A stretch of 63,960 nucleotides of DNA, filler included, from Intoshia linei (lineage: Eukaryota > Animalia > Orthonectida): the NCBI GenBank assembly GCA_001642005.1. It is 4 parts of 4 records of this genome, joined end to end, with 100 filler letters (N's around TTAATTAATTAA, not from the genome) between each part and the next. Parts side by side here need not be neighbours in the genome. Positions count along the whole stretch, not along the records: positions 1 to 29,089 come from LWCA01000394.1; 3 more parts are not named here. The stretch is one strand, 5' to 3'. The position numbers were made by a program, and so were the translations under genes. The first letter of the stretch is position 1. Every line of letters starts with the position of its first letter. Of the stretch, positions 12,701-26,443 are shown in pieces. A model generated the notes under the pieces. It was not told the DNA's origin and made no database searches. It saw nothing but the letters and a program-made list of their open reading frames with translations.

Positions 12701-15309
12701 TTTTAAATTATAAACATTATAATAAATCGCAACCTCAAAAATGTGAATTTTCACTATAAAAATTCAGATTACCCTTTTGTTAAAAAAATAAAAATAGTCC
12801 TACAATTTATAAAAGAAAACATCGGTTTATTTACAATTTTTTTCTGAAATTTAAATAATTTATAATAATTTTTAGGAATGTACTGTTTTTATTTATATTT
12901 TTAAGATGATCCGATCATTCTCTAATAAATTATAAAAATGGATCGCAAAATTTTTTTTAAAATTTTTTACACAAATGTTATCAAAATAAAATATTTTACT
13001 ATTTTATAAATTATTCACTTTTATTCACTGTTGGAATAATTCACTATAAATTAAAAGATAATATGACCGGTACATTGTGAAACAAGTTTGGGAACTACTC
13101 CTTTACTACTACTTTAAATGATTAGTAATATTGAATAATATAATTTTTAAGTAGTTGTCACATTTTATTGAATTTATTTTTTTATAGAATTAAAAAAGTT
13201 GTTCTCGGAGTTACAGTAGGTGATATATGTACAAAGTACATTACAGTCAAGCTAGTGTTATATAAATTTACCATATATAAAATTTTGTCGTCAATTTCTT
13301 TTTGTTGCATTCTGACTTTGTCAGAATTAACTACATAGTCTCTTTCTGCTCTTCCAATCATGTCAAGAATGACTTCATATGCCTAATTATTAATATTAGT
13401 TCAAATGAATCATTTTTCGTTATATAAAAAAAACTTTAATTAAAATAATAATGTAATTACTATTATTCAAACTAAATCAAGTATACAGTATATATTTTAT
13501 TATCTAAATCAGTGTTCCCAACCTTTTTTATGCTAGGCTCCACTTTTACTCTTAAAAAAATCCCAAACCCCACTAAAAAAAATTCGAGAGAATTATAATG
13601 AAATAATGATAAAAACAATAATAATGTATTTATTTTTTAGACTTAATGAGACGATTGAACCTGACGATTCTGACAGAGTTTATTAATATTAAGTACTAAT
13701 GTTGTAAGCTTTAATCGTAGAGTTTAAAAAAATATATAGGCTGATACGGATTTTAAAATCATAAACATTATCATAAATTTAAATTTAAAAAAATACACTG
13801 ATGCGGATTTTAAAATCATAAACATTATCATAAATTTAAATTTAAAAAAATTATATATTCAGGGCCAAAACCTCAAATTACCCCTTTTTTTTAATGAAAA
13901 CACCCCTAAAGTTTAAAAAAAATTATATGTGGTACACTTGTATCCTGTTAACACATACGAAAAATTTCAATCTGAATAAATAACGCCTTCACGGTTAAAA
14001 TAGTATTTTAGTATTCATATATTTTTTTCCGAAATATTTTATAAAAAAAAAATTATTCTGATAGAGCTTATTCCAGTTGATATAAATACAAAATTTCAAC
14101 CCCAGAAATCAACGTATTCCCGGTGAAAAATAATTTTTAATATATTATCAACCAATATTTTTCAAATATTTCGATAAAAATAAAAATTGAAAATGTAAAT
14201 ACTGTTGGACTACCTTGATATGTAATAATACTTACATCTTTTTCATAATTAAATTTGTCCTTTTTTGGATGATTATTATATTGTTCTCTGGCTAAGATGC
14301 TGTGAATAAACCTACATTCACCCATATTTGCTTTCTAAAAAAAATTAAAAAAAATAATTACTTTATGCCATAATCGAAAAATAATATTTACTTTCTAAAA
14401 ATGAAAATTTAGTAATTGAATAAAATTATAGTAAAATAAAATTTTAAATTAGCGCCGTTAAAAATAGGAATTATTAATATTACAGCAACTATAAACATTG
14501 TATACACATAATATCATTGATATTTAATATTATAGCAGTTCCCTATTTAGCATTCAAAAATAAATTGAATTATAAAGGCAAATATTGGTAAAATTGGTTC
14601 AAAAACACAAAAATTATAATCAAATTCAATTAACTTTTGATACGAAAAAAATTTATAACAAATTTGAATGGCTTCAGAGTCTGAACTTCTGATTGGAGGT
14701 GTGGGAACCGCTTTGTAATAGTGCAGTGATTCTCAACTTTTTTAACCGTAGCTTTTTTACCTGATTTTTAACTTATAGTGCATTTGTTGTTGGGGTAAAT
14801 TTAGTTGATTCAATTTTCAACAAAATTAACTAAATAGAGAATTCATTATACACCATAATGAATGTAAAAATGTAATAAACAAAATTCTATTGCTTAATGA
14901 TTGCATAATGACTCATTATATTAATAATGCATTGTTCAAAAGTTAATTTATGTTATTTATTTTCTCTCAATACATTAAATAGTTTCTATATTTTGAAAAA
15001 ATGTATCTTTCTACAAGTTAAAATAGTTGGATGCGTTGGATCCAAATTACTGGCTGAGAAACACTGACACCAACAATACATTTTATAGTATCAAATATAA
15101 AAATTACAACATCTCCAATATAATCATGCGGACAACAATTCAACAAGAAAGGCTTGCAGATTTTGTGACTATAAAACTTAATCCTTTTTTTTGTATGATA
15201 ATCTGTAAATAAATGGAAATATATAAATTTAAAATATTGGTTAACCAATATTATTCATTCCCATCAATTCATTAAATAATTGCCGTGACTGTTCTCTGGC
15301 TGATGACAT
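9720..15309 (-). CDS. LUC7: LUC7-like U1 snRNP protein with RS tail (paralogue A, intact), 8 exons
   Basis: Exons 15309-15246, 15202-15108, 14334-14236, 13382-13272, 11677-11534, 11492-11310, 10124-10057, 10017-9720 join in frame: MSSAREQSRQLFNELMG...ICKPFLLNCCPHD...MGECRFIH...VCEVCGGFI...RREDHLIGKYHTGY...RSKSRSKSQSKSRSKSR...KRKHRKH*. Confidence 0.93.
9890..9963 (-). repeat. 12-nt coding tandem repeat encoding RSKS units of the LUC7 RS domain
   Basis: (gatcgagatttt/gatcgagattta)n. The ORF track reads it in the wrong frame as DLNLDQNL. Confidence 0.85.
11010..11251. mobile_element. Degenerate MITE related to 49913-50179
   Basis: Ends caaagcttaacctaccgtagacccctcc... / ...tttggtagatgtggctcta resemble the TIRs of the 49913 element. 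Confidence 0.45.
11740..13255. mobile_element. Two diverged Helitron-like copies back to back in LUC7-A intron 4
   Basis: Minus copy has its 5' end at ...gttagga (12459) with (caga)n. Plus copy runs from about 12480 and ends gtacaaagtaca...cagtcaagCTAG|t at 13255. Confidence 0.65.
13510..13720 (-). mobile_element. hAT/Buster end with transposase C-terminus
   Basis: TIR cagtgttcccaacc. The minus strand reads LRLKLTTLVLNINKLCQNRQVQSSH*, like the C-terminus at 57238 (LRINLTNFKPDIKKLSANHQAQGSH). Confidence 0.7.
13725..14205 (+). mobile_element. Helitron-like internal fragment with a roughly 57-bp tandem duplication
   Basis: Matches 30720-31160; ctgatRcggattttaaaatcataaacattatcataaatttaaatttaaaaaaa occurs twice (13741 and 13798). 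Confidence 0.75.
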
Positions 15310-15734
15310 TTTTGGAAAAGTGGATTATTTTCAATGTTTTCTTGATTCAAAGGTAAATATTAATATTATAATACAAACAAAGTAGATGCTGTTATGGATA
15401 CATTGCAACCATTTTAAAGCACCTGTTAAAATGTACACAGAAACATTAACGTCCTTTCTCTAGACTCTAGAGCGATATTCACATAAGCGACGTATTGTTA
15501 GAGCAGTGTTTCCAACCTTTTTTACTACGTTATCAATATTATAGTACATTTTGAATATTTGTACTTATTTTGATATTACCCATAATATTTTTAACTGCAT
15601 ATTGCATGGTCATTTTTTGGAATAAGAGAATATAAATTTTTTTAATAATTTAATTAATACAAAATAGATTAACAAAATCACTCTAAAAAGTATTGGAAAT
15701 TGGATTTTTTAAATTTTTAGGATTTTTAATTTAA

Positions 15735-16277
15735 TTGAACATGTTGAAGCTCTTGCACACAATTTTTTCTATGTTAAATTTTAAATCAACTAGCTTGACT
15801 TGGTCAGTTTCACGAAATTCTTCCAATCCAAATGCAAAATTGTATGTGACAAAATCGAGATTAAGTACTAAAAACTGGACAGATGCGTATCAATGGGTTC
15901 AAAAACAAAATACTATTATTATGTCACATGATCAGTATTATGTATTAACTGGAAATGATGTTAACTTGACCAGGGACCAAGCAAGTCAATATGTGGATTC
16001 AATAAATTAAAGCAGTTTTGAAAATTTTTTCAATATGAAAAAATATTTAAATTCTGTTTGGAAAATATCGCTGGATCGTGAAAATTGTAAGTTTTCAAAG
16101 TGTACGTGTCCCTTATAGGGTAAAAATTACATGTGTAAACATTCTATCGGTATAGCAATACGATTAAGAATTGATGGGTGTATTGTACCTCGAAAGTCGA
16201 AAGCTCTCCCGTTGAATGTCAAAAGAAAGAGGGGATGACCAGCTCAGGCTAATCAAGCTTTTCTGAGGCAGTGTTAA
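15735..16277 (+). mobile_element. MULE/Mutator transposase C-terminal relic with SWIM zinc finger
   Basis: KCTCPYRGKNYMCKHSIGIAIRL (CxCx7CxH) followed by PLNVKRKRG*PAQA; in-frame stops at 16008 and about 16236. Confidence 0.8.
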
Positions 16278-17656
16278 ATTAACGGTTAATAATTAAAAAA
16301 AATGTTATGTTTAAATAAAATAAATTCTACTTCTATTAATTTAGACGCTAACATTATAACTATAGACGCTGGTGAAATTAGACGCTGTAACTATTAAATT
16401 ATGTTGCAATAATAATAACTCTTTTTTATTAACATTTATGACACTGTAAATTTTATTAATGGTGGAATGGAATAAAAGTAGGGTTTTTTAAATAATATTG
16501 TACGATCATATGAGCTTTGAGGTACATTCCAAACATGTGGCAATTTTGTAATAAATATTAAAAATTTTCCTATAAAAATAAAGAAAAGTTGATAGAAATG
16601 TTTTTATGTTTTATTTTAATCTGACGGACCCAGACATATAGCTTTGTATCCTAAGGGGGTACAAAGACTCCCAGTCGGGACCACTGGTCTAGATTTTATA
16701 GTCTAAGTGTTAGAGTCCAAGATGTATCACTCTTACAAAACATTGTCAACTGAATGTTTACCGAAAAGTTTGCATGATGTTTACAAAAAATATTTTCAAA
16801 ATATCGACATTTGTGAGATTATACCATTGCAGTACACTGTACACTGTGACTTTTTAACTTTTACGTATGAAACTCAATGTAACACTATTCACAATATAAA
16901 AACGGCACACTACAAAAATGTTACAACTTAAATAATTATAATTACATAGCAATGATTATATTGGTAGAATAACACAAGTCGAACTTGAGATAAAAGTTAC
17001 GGAATGTGTGCATTATAAGTAATCTGCAAATTATGTTATTAATAATAACTTATTATTAGCGCATTGCAGTATAAATCTTATGTTATAAGCCAGGGGTTCC
17101 CACACTTTTTTCATGACGGGCCTGAAATAAATTATAAAATATAACGCGACTATTAAAGCGAAATTACTAAGCAACATTACTAATAAATTTTAATAAAAAT
17201 CATAATAATTTTACTTTTAATTAATAAAAATTATTTAGCGGACTTGTTTTTATTATTTGACTGGAGGTTTGTGAATACTATTTCGAGCTATAACTGTACT
17301 AAGTTTACTAATCCATTCTTTTTTGATATTTTCAATAAACTTCCTCATAGTGGGATTTGATGCCCAATTAAATAAAAAAATTTGTTATGCTATCATTCAT
17401 TTTGAAAATTTAAAAAGTACTTAGTACCGTACTGAGTAGAAAAAACTAAGTTGAACACACTAGTCAGTAGCATTATTTCACTTTCAAGTACTTCGTACAA
17501 TACATAAGTACGCAATTATAATTATTTAATGTGTTTCGTTTTTGTAGATTACCCTCAGATGCGACAAAAATTTTTATGAAAGTCTGTCTACTAATAGATA
17601 TTAATTTAATAGTAAAAGTGAAAAAAAAATTTTTAACGTAAATCTCCATGAATAAA

Positions 17657-18054
17657 CTATAGATTTACTGTTTTGTAGTTCGTACAAAAAGCACCTAGCT
17701 CTACTGAGGGCCGACTTTTTTAATTCTACCAAAAAAATAAAATCTTAGATAAAAATGTTACAATTCACTATTACCAATCTTTTAAAGAAATGGTTTATAA
17801 ATATGTGAAGACAATTTTTTTAAAATATAGGAGCATTAATTATATTGAATGTTTTTCTCAACGAAATAATTTCCCAAAAAAATGTAAAAAGTAAATTGTT
17901 TTTTTTAACATGAAGGCTTAACTTAAAATTGAAACTTTTTATGTATTTTTACTGTATTAAAGGGATCTTTTTTTAATTCTTGGACCATTAGTTTTTTTAT
18001 TTTATAAAATAAAGATAATACAGACACAAAACAAAGAGTTTATATAAGTTAGGA
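17657..18054 (-). mobile_element. Short Helitron-like copy
   Basis: 3' module ctgttttgtagttcgtacaaaaagcacctagctctactgagggc and 5' end cagacacaaaa...tatataagttagga. Confidence 0.65.
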
Positions 18055-20217
18055 TGGTTAATTGTGATTTTGACTATTTATGTGAAAATTTCTAAGATTG
18101 AAATTTATTTTAATTTCGATTCCGAAAAATCCGACTTGGAATTAAAGTTCTAGGAACTATAATTCAAAAATTGAATAAAACTTTAATAAATTACTAAAAA
18201 ATACGGGGTGTTTAATTTCAATGTGTACGCTTCATATAGTCAGGGCTGTAGAGAGTGATCATTAGCCCGGTCAGATGGTATTGTAGGCCCCTATGAAAAT
18301 TTTTTATAAAATGGGACCTATATAGAATGTATATTATACATTGCTTAATCGATCGTTCATTATCTAAAAATTAAAAACAACCGTTGGAAATAGCATAATT
18401 TTGGTATACTTAATAAATTTTCCAACATTATCTATTAATAAATTAAAAATAGTAGACCCCTCATGATTGTAAGCCCGGGCCAAATGGCCATAACTTCAAT
18501 GTAGTACAGAAAAATTCCCCAAAATATGAGTAAAACAATATACACAATGTATACTATTACGGTGTTAAATACAGTTAAACGTCTATAATCTAACATCAAT
18601 ACACTTTCAACGATCTAATTAGTAAATCACATGATTAACAATTTTTGACTTTATCTCTATTAGGCCTGAAAAATTTTAGATTATTAAAATATAATTTGTT
18701 TGGGTACTTATATTGTAAAATAACAAATCATATAAATACACAAATCATTATTACTTAAATTGATTTGAATAAGGATCATTATCAGAAAGGAAAAATATAA
18801 AGTAATTTTTTTGTTTTATTTATATATTATAGATCGACATTATTATGTAAAATAGTAACAGTACGAATGGGGTTTACGTCAGATTTTCCTTCCTTATACT
18901 AATCGAATAAAATTTACTGACTTTGTTAGATCTATAAATTATTTTCTGTTATTTATTTTCGTAGAAATTTTCAAAAATAATATAATAACAATCTTAAATA
19001 AAGCAAAATTACGTTATAAAATAATAGTTTTTATTACATTTACTAGACCGGACCTTGTTACATAAGATCGTAAAATTTATATGTATTAAAGATCTACATT
19101 ATTATGTAGAATAGTAACACTACGAATGGGTTTTAATTCATTTTTTTCTCACTTAAACTAATCAAATAACCTTAAAATATCAAAAATTTAAAATCTAAAA
19201 TTTCCTGATTTGTTAGACCTATAAATTATTTTCTGTCATCGTAGAACTTTCGAAAAATGATATGATCACAATTTTGAATAAAGCAAAATTTTTTATTTAA
19301 AAACAGGTTTAATTTTAATTAATATTGCTGTCATTCTTACAATTACTATAAAATCAACATAACACAGAAAAACTGCCCCAAAATACGAGTAAAACAATAT
19401 GTAATTCTTCGGTGTTAAATACGATTAAACATCTACAATGTAACATCGGTACACTTTCAACGATCTAATTAATTAATGACATGATCAACAATTTCTGACG
19501 TTATTTCTTCTAGGCCTAATAAATTTTAGATCATTAATTACAATTTGTTTGTTAAATTATAAAATAAAAAATCATGAATACACAAATCATTATCATTTCA
19601 ATTTTATTTTAATTTATTATTTTCAAATATCATGAAGAAAACTTATAAAGTAATTTTTTTCATTAATAGGTAGAATGGTAACAGTATGAATCGGTTTTAT
19701 ATCAGTTATCTAGTTAGTTTGGATATGGACAGTATTGGAACCTATCTATTTTTATTGCAACACTTGACATTGTAATACAATAATTTACATTGTTATAAGT
19801 AATAACTTTGTACTTAAGCAAGATTTTCACAACTTTAAAATCAAAAAACCTTACATATCAAATAAAATTTACTGAATTTATTAAACATATATATTATTTC
19901 TGTCATTATAGAAATTGTCAAAAATTATATGATAATTATTTTGTTTAAAAAAAAAATTAAAATGTTTTAGGGCATTTGAAATGAAAAATTGTTGATTCTA
20001 ATCGAAAAATATATTTTTAATTATTTTGTTGATGAAAGGTCTATTGTTAAAGTATAAATTGACATGATAGATAATTTAGAAAAAAATTATAGCATTGTAT
20101 TGACATTATTTATTATTATTATTATACGAGTAAAACAATAATTAATTGTAAATACAAACATCTACCATGTATCATCGGTATAAATTTTTACGTACCACTT
20201 TACAAAATAATGAACGA

Positions 20218-20562
20218 ATTGGCTATGATAGATTTTGAAATGGATCAAAGGTAATATTTATTTATTTTTAAAATAAATGTTTATATTATTTTTAGAGAAA
20301 GCATTGAATACCTTCATGAATTATGTTTTTATATTCTGTTCGAAGAAAAACTCCATCCTATTGATTTGAATTAATTGATATTGGAATAGTCTGAAATCAT
20401 AGATAAAGATATTCACAGAGGTAATTTTTATAAGTAAAGTTTCATGTAATTTCTATTTTAGGCAATACTTATTGTGTTAAATATGTCAAAAAATATGAAC
20501 TCAATAATGTTATTAAAATATCAGAGGAATCTAGAGCTAAAATTTACAATACCGATCAATAA
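20218..20562 (+). pseudogene. 3' remnant (last two exons and both introns) of the orphan gene family
   Basis: Aligns to 24178-24515 (gattttgaaatggatcaaag|gt...ag|agaaagcattgaatac...acagag|gt...ag|gcaatacttattgtg); contains in-frame TAA and TAG. Confidence 0.85.
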
Positions 20563-21099
20563 TACATGATTAATTTTAATAAATTTAAATTTTTAAATTC
20601 ATTTTCTTGATATCATTTTTTCATTTGTTTCACATCTAAGCCACCTTTCTAACAAACGAATGAGAAATAACATATTATCAACCACTAATTTGCAAATGTT
20701 TAGATTAATTAATTAATGTAAAAATAAATCATTCTACAGTTTTAAAAAAAATGTGACTTGAACGTCTACATCAGTGGTTCTCAACCCGTGTTCCGAGAAA
20801 TTTAATTGGGGTTCCGTGAAATGTAATGCGATATTTTTCAATTTAAAGTTTTTCTAAATTACTGTTGTATGCAATGAAACAACATCATTTCCAAATTTAA
20901 ATCAAATAAGTTTTAATAAAAGTTATAGTCATTTAAATGAATTAAATTAAAATAATTATAAATTTTTGTTGACATATTTTGACGCTGACTGTAAATATTT
21001 GTATCAGTAAACTGAATGTCAATAGAAAATTTCTCTAATGGTCTTTACATTACAAATAAATTATTCATTTTTATTTACTATTATTCTGCAAATTTTCAC

Positions 21100-22187
21100 A
21101 TGACAAACTCTGCTACTTTATTGTGTAATATTGATAGCACTTATGTACGGCAAGATACATCAAATGGTAAACCTAACATAATTGACTATGATATAATGAA
21201 GTATGGAGTATACAATTATAATTACTGTTTTTTAGCAACATCCGTTAAATTTTTAACTTCAATGTTGTATTATGGAATGGTGAAATCTGAACAATTAGAA
21301 TATAAAAAATTGAAAATTTTTAGAACATCACATGAAAATTATTCTTTCTTGAAAGAATCTTTTAATTTTTCAATTGAATTTGCCAATCAAATTTATATTG
21401 ATGAAAAGGTGAATATTAAACAAAGTTATTTGGATAAATTAAATAATGTATTACAATACAAAAACGGTGACATCCGACTTAACTTTTAAAACGTTACTGA
21501 ATCTGTCCATACAATAAACAGTTTTGTAAGACTAAAAATTAATAGGTCTTATTATTAATCTATCTTAAATATCTAATAAATCTTAAATTATTAGTCTAAA
21601 ATTAATAAAAATAAAGAAATAGTTACACGGAAACATATCACTCCGCTAACGAACTTAATTTTTTTCAATGTAATACATTTTAAATCACCTTTCAAACAGG
21701 CATTTAACCCAAAAAATACATTGTCGCGGCCGTTTTTACTTAACGTCAAAAGTACATATAATATTTCTTACAATATATATTCTATACATTCTATTCAATA
21801 AATTTATATGAGTATACTATCAACAAGTATGAAAATTTAATGAAACCTGGCCAAGTTGAATTATACTTACCAAAGTTTAGCGTCACCACTAAGAAAAATA
21901 TGAAAGATGAATTTAAAACTATTGGATTATTAACTAATCAAACTGATTTTTCTGGTATATCGGATGATGAATTAACATTGAATCAATTTGTTCACATAGC
22001 CCATATAGATATCGATGATAAAGGTACAAGTGCATCGGCAGCTAATGCAGCCACAATGAATGAAACATCAGTGAGAGCTACAATCAATATTGATACTTGG
22101 TTTCAAGTATGGGTAATATATACTGCCAGTAATACAAAAAAAGATATTGTCGTTTTAAATGCAGTTATAGACGAACCTATATACTAG
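21100..22187 (+). pseudogene. Serpin, apparently damaged
   Basis: Serpin motifs SMLYYG, FANQIYI, TINSFV, LIFFNVIHFKSPFKQAFNPKNT, VELYLPKF, DFSGIS, hinge DDKGTSASAANA and C-terminal VIDEP. In-frame TAA at 21487, and the segment between PF and LYLPKF is largely missing. Confidence 0.85.
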
Positions 22188-22982
22188 AAAACATAAATTA
22201 TAGTTTTATCTGATATTATCTAATAAATTGTTTGTTTAAACTTTAGTATTTTATTCTAATTCATGTCATAATCGATTATTCGAAAAAGTTGGATGACGGG
22301 ATATATTTTTGAATTTTATTATTACTCCTTTATAAATTAAAAAAAAGTGGAGAGTATGTCGTAACATTCATTTTAAATTTTGCCATTTTTCAAAACGTAC
22401 CAGGTAGATCAGGTGTATTTTGAATAGAAATCACGATATAAGAACCATTTTGTCAAAAATATTGTTAACGTAGTTGCGCTTATCAAATTAGGTAAATAAA
22501 AAATCATACATTGAATTTATGATTATGTCTGGAGTTCTAAATCGACGAAATAGAATAATTAGGTTGTACTCAAAATAATATGTTAGAAATCTATAATAGG
22601 ATATTTAAAGCAGTTTTCTTAGATGGTACTATCAACATTATTTGGTAAACAATCGCATTTAGTACAGCCAACGGTTTAATATAACTTAAAAAGCTTTCAT
22701 AGGCTACTATAAAATTTAACACAGTTACGCACTTATTAAAAATCAACAAATCAATATGACATCATAAAATGATGATAATTACAATTATGTATCATGTACA
22801 AAATGTGCATTCTATATCGTAATTCATTATTAAATTAACAGTTTGCAAGCAACATCATTGTGAAAAAATTAAATATTGAAATTTATACTGTAATTTTTTA
22901 TTAATATTAAGTTTCACTAGGCTTTGCTGATAAAATTAATTTCTATTTTTCATATATATATAAATAATATATAATTATTTAG

Positions 22983-24515
22983 ATGGAAACAACAGTTCAG
23001 GATGACATCATGAACCCATTTAATTACACCGCAATAAATTTGGATCAATTCGATCCCGCCAATTTTAAAAGCAAGAAGATGTACAAACACGACAGCGTTG
23101 GAAACTGTACTATTCCAGAACTGATGAAATTGGCTAATAATAGACAGGATATATATCCTTCTATTTTGCATATGGTCCAAACGGTTCAAAAATTATATAG
23201 ACCGGAAAAATTTTTGAATTACGAGAGAACTGGAATATGCAGTTTCCAGGTAAAACCCGAACACATTAGAAGCATATACCCTTCAACTAACGATCTTCCA
23301 TTGATGCATGTAGATTTATTAACATACATGTGTTCGAACCTCCCTGTTCAAAAATCAATTTCAAGACTAATCCACCAAATAGAACATTGGTTCGGTGAAA
23401 TCAGTTTGTCTTCGGATGATTATCTCCAATATGCCATGGATAAGTATGGCTTCGTAGCCATAAGTATTATCAAAAAATTTAAAAGAATATCAAAGTTTCA
23501 GGTAACCTCACTGTTTATACAAATTGCCGCTTTCTTAAGCCTGAACGTGGACTTATGCGACACATTTTGTCACATAAGATCCAGTAGCGATAATTATAAA
23601 CAATATGCTAGATCCAGAAAAAACGATCCATCAACCGAAACTAGACAATATAGTACTTTTACAATTTCATCGTTAACGAGTACACACTTGCATCCATTCT
23701 CATGTATAGATAATCTCACATCATGCAGGGAACATGGGACGTTCACATTAATAGATGCTAACCTTGTTTCCTATAATCAAAAAATCAACCATAAGTACAC
23801 AGATTTAAATTGGATATTATCTCAATATGCGTTTCACTTCATGTCAAAGATACAAGTTTTATTTATTAATAATGAAGTCCCTGAATTAAAAGGTATAACC
23901 AAAAATAAAAGTAAAATTTTTTTTGGTTATTCTACAAAACCCAAATTTTCTCATAATGTTGTCAAAAGGCGACATCCGAATCGAACTCCTATGCAAAACA
24001 TTTACTGGTTTTTAAAGAATAAAAACTGCTGTTACTTAAAAGCCATTTCATTGACGATGCTTATTGGACATGCCTCCCTTAGTAGTTTTAAAACCCAAAT
24101 AAAAAGTCAATTCTATCAATTCGCTGCTATTTATCTGAGAAAAAATTTTTATGTGCCACTTTTCAAAGTAATGAAACAGCTAGCTATACTAGATTTTGAG
24201 ATGGATCAAAGGTACTATTTATTTCAAAAATTAATTTTTATATTATTATTAGAGAAGGCATTGAATATCTTCATGAAATGTGTTTTTTTATTCTATGCGA
24301 AGAAAAACTAAATCGTATTGATTTCAATAAATTAAAGTGGGAATGGTGTGATATCATAGATAAAGATATATACAGAGGTAATATTTATAAAATTTTATGT
24401 AATTTTTATTTTAGGCAATACGTATTGTGTCAAATATGTAAAAAAATATGAACTCAATAATACCATTGTACTATCCAAACAAAGTAGGCAGAAAATTTAC
24501 CAATTCAATAAATAA
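22983..24515 (+). CDS. Orphan protein of about 480-500 aa, multi-copy family, 3 coding exons
   Basis: Exons 22983-24210, 24253-24377, 24415-24515: ...DFEMDQR|EGIEYLHEMCFFILCEEKL...DKDIYR|GNTYCVKYVKKYELNN...QFNK*. The intron positions are conserved in the 20218 remnant. The ATG follows tttag, so an upstream exon is possible. Confidence 0.85.
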
Positions 24516-25866
24516 TACATCATTTCATATGTCTATTATGTCAATACTTAAAATTATTTATTAAATATTGACCTACCTTAGAGTAATTCCTTAATTTCGT
24601 TGTTTCGAAAATTCATTTTTTGGTTCATTTCAATTTTAAAATTTGTAAAATCAGATTTTTATCAGTTTCTTCGAAAAAAAATTAATCTTATTTATAATTT
24701 TTTTGATTTAAATTATGTTAAATAAACAATATTTACCAAATTATCAACTTTCTGTGTTCAAAAATGATCAAATTAGACTCGTCATTAAAATTATGTACGT
24801 ATGTTAATTACATTAAATATTTTTATTTGTTGGTCCGATTTTAAACCAGGTTTTAATTGATTGAACCGGTTTAGCAGCCTTCGTGTTTGTGGAAACAATA
24901 GTAATAATGCCCTTCAAAAACTTTTATGTACACTTGTAGGTAAACTTGTAAAATATTTAAAATAAATAATATAGTATTTTGAAATCTTTTCGAATTTATA
25001 TGTTAATTCAGCTTCTAGTTTTATTGTTATTGGTATCAGTTTCAATTGGATATGATTCAGTTACTATATTCCATAAAATATCTATTCATAATTTATTAGA
25101 AGTATTTTAGTTATAAGGTTATAAGGTTCTGCTAAATAATTAATAAATTTCATTATAATCAAATTTATTGCATTTAAAGTTTAAAGTCTAAAACTTAAAA
25201 TAGCAGTTGCAAATTTTTAATATTATCTAAATTAAAAAAATAGACCCCTCATGATTGTAAACCCGGGCCATACGGCTATAAAATCAACATAATACAGAAA
25301 AAATACTAAACGACTAAACGTTATGTTTTATAGACCTAACACAAATTTTTTTAAAGATTAAAATTTTAACTAAATTAGTGACAATTTGGGAAAAAACTGA
25401 CATTATTTATTATTATTGTACGAGTGAAACAATATATAATTCTAACTTCTAAAACCAAAAAACTATAATGTATCATCAGTATAATTTTAATGATCTAATT
25501 AGTTAATGACGTGATCAACAATTTTAGACTTCATCTCTTCTAGGCCTAAGAAATTTTAGATCATTAACTATACTTTGTTTGTTGATTATAACAAAAATAA
25601 CAAATCATTATCATTATCATTTACAATTTTTCCTGCAAAGATCATTTTGAAATATAGAAAAGGAAACTTATAAAGTAATTTTTTTGCATTATTTATATAT
25701 TAAACATCTACATTATTATGTAGAATGGTAACAGTATGAATATATTTTACGTCAATTAATTGATTAGTTTGGATATTCCTTTAATGGTAAAGGAAATTAT
25801 AGAAATCTATCTATTTTTATCGCAGCACTTGACATTGCAATACAATCATTAAACATTGTTATATGT

Positions 25867-26443
25867 CAGATATGGACCATGGACCAACTAAAACTAGGTG
25901 TGTTAAATTTAATACTATTTTCAAAAATTTTTTTCTAGTGTGTTTTTATTAAAAAAATATTAGGTTAATCAAAACCGTCAATTAAGTCGAACAACTTGAT
26001 GATGAAAAATAAGTTAAAACAATAATTTTTACATTTAAAAATTGAGCTGTAAGTTTTTCAATGAAAGGTTCATAACTTGTTGATTTTAACGCTACACAAG
26101 CCAAACTAGTTTCTTCGTGAAGTCTTTCCTTTTATGATTTTTGACATTATTCAATGTGGAAAATAACGATTCACAAAAATATGTAGATGAAAATATAGTT
26201 AATATAGCTTTAGCTAGACATTTCAGACTACTAATTGTTTCAGGCATAGAATTCCAAACTTCTAATAACATATTTGATTGGTCAAAGTAGGTAACATCTT
26301 TAAATGATTTTGTAAGTCGATTTCGTTCTATTACTTCAATTTCTGATCTCACTTATTTTAGTAATATTTTTTATTTGAGGTAAACTTATATATTTTTTCA
26401 AGTGTGTATTTTTTACACTCAAACACGTACTTTGCCATCACTG
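25867..26443 (-). mobile_element. Deleted hAT element with dimerisation-domain remnant
   Basis: Exact 8-bp TSD TTATATGT (25859-25866 and 26444-26451); right TIR tttgccatcactg; ORF 26352-26092 WNSMPE...AKAILTIFSSTYFCESLFSTLN. Sister modules at about 19795 and 28145 show the empty site. Confidence 0.9.

Noticed and set aside
23640-23760. HPFSCIDN in the orphan protein recalls the rhabdovirus nucleoprotein SPYS motif
   Set aside because: Too short and mismatched; no other supporting motif visible without a profile search.
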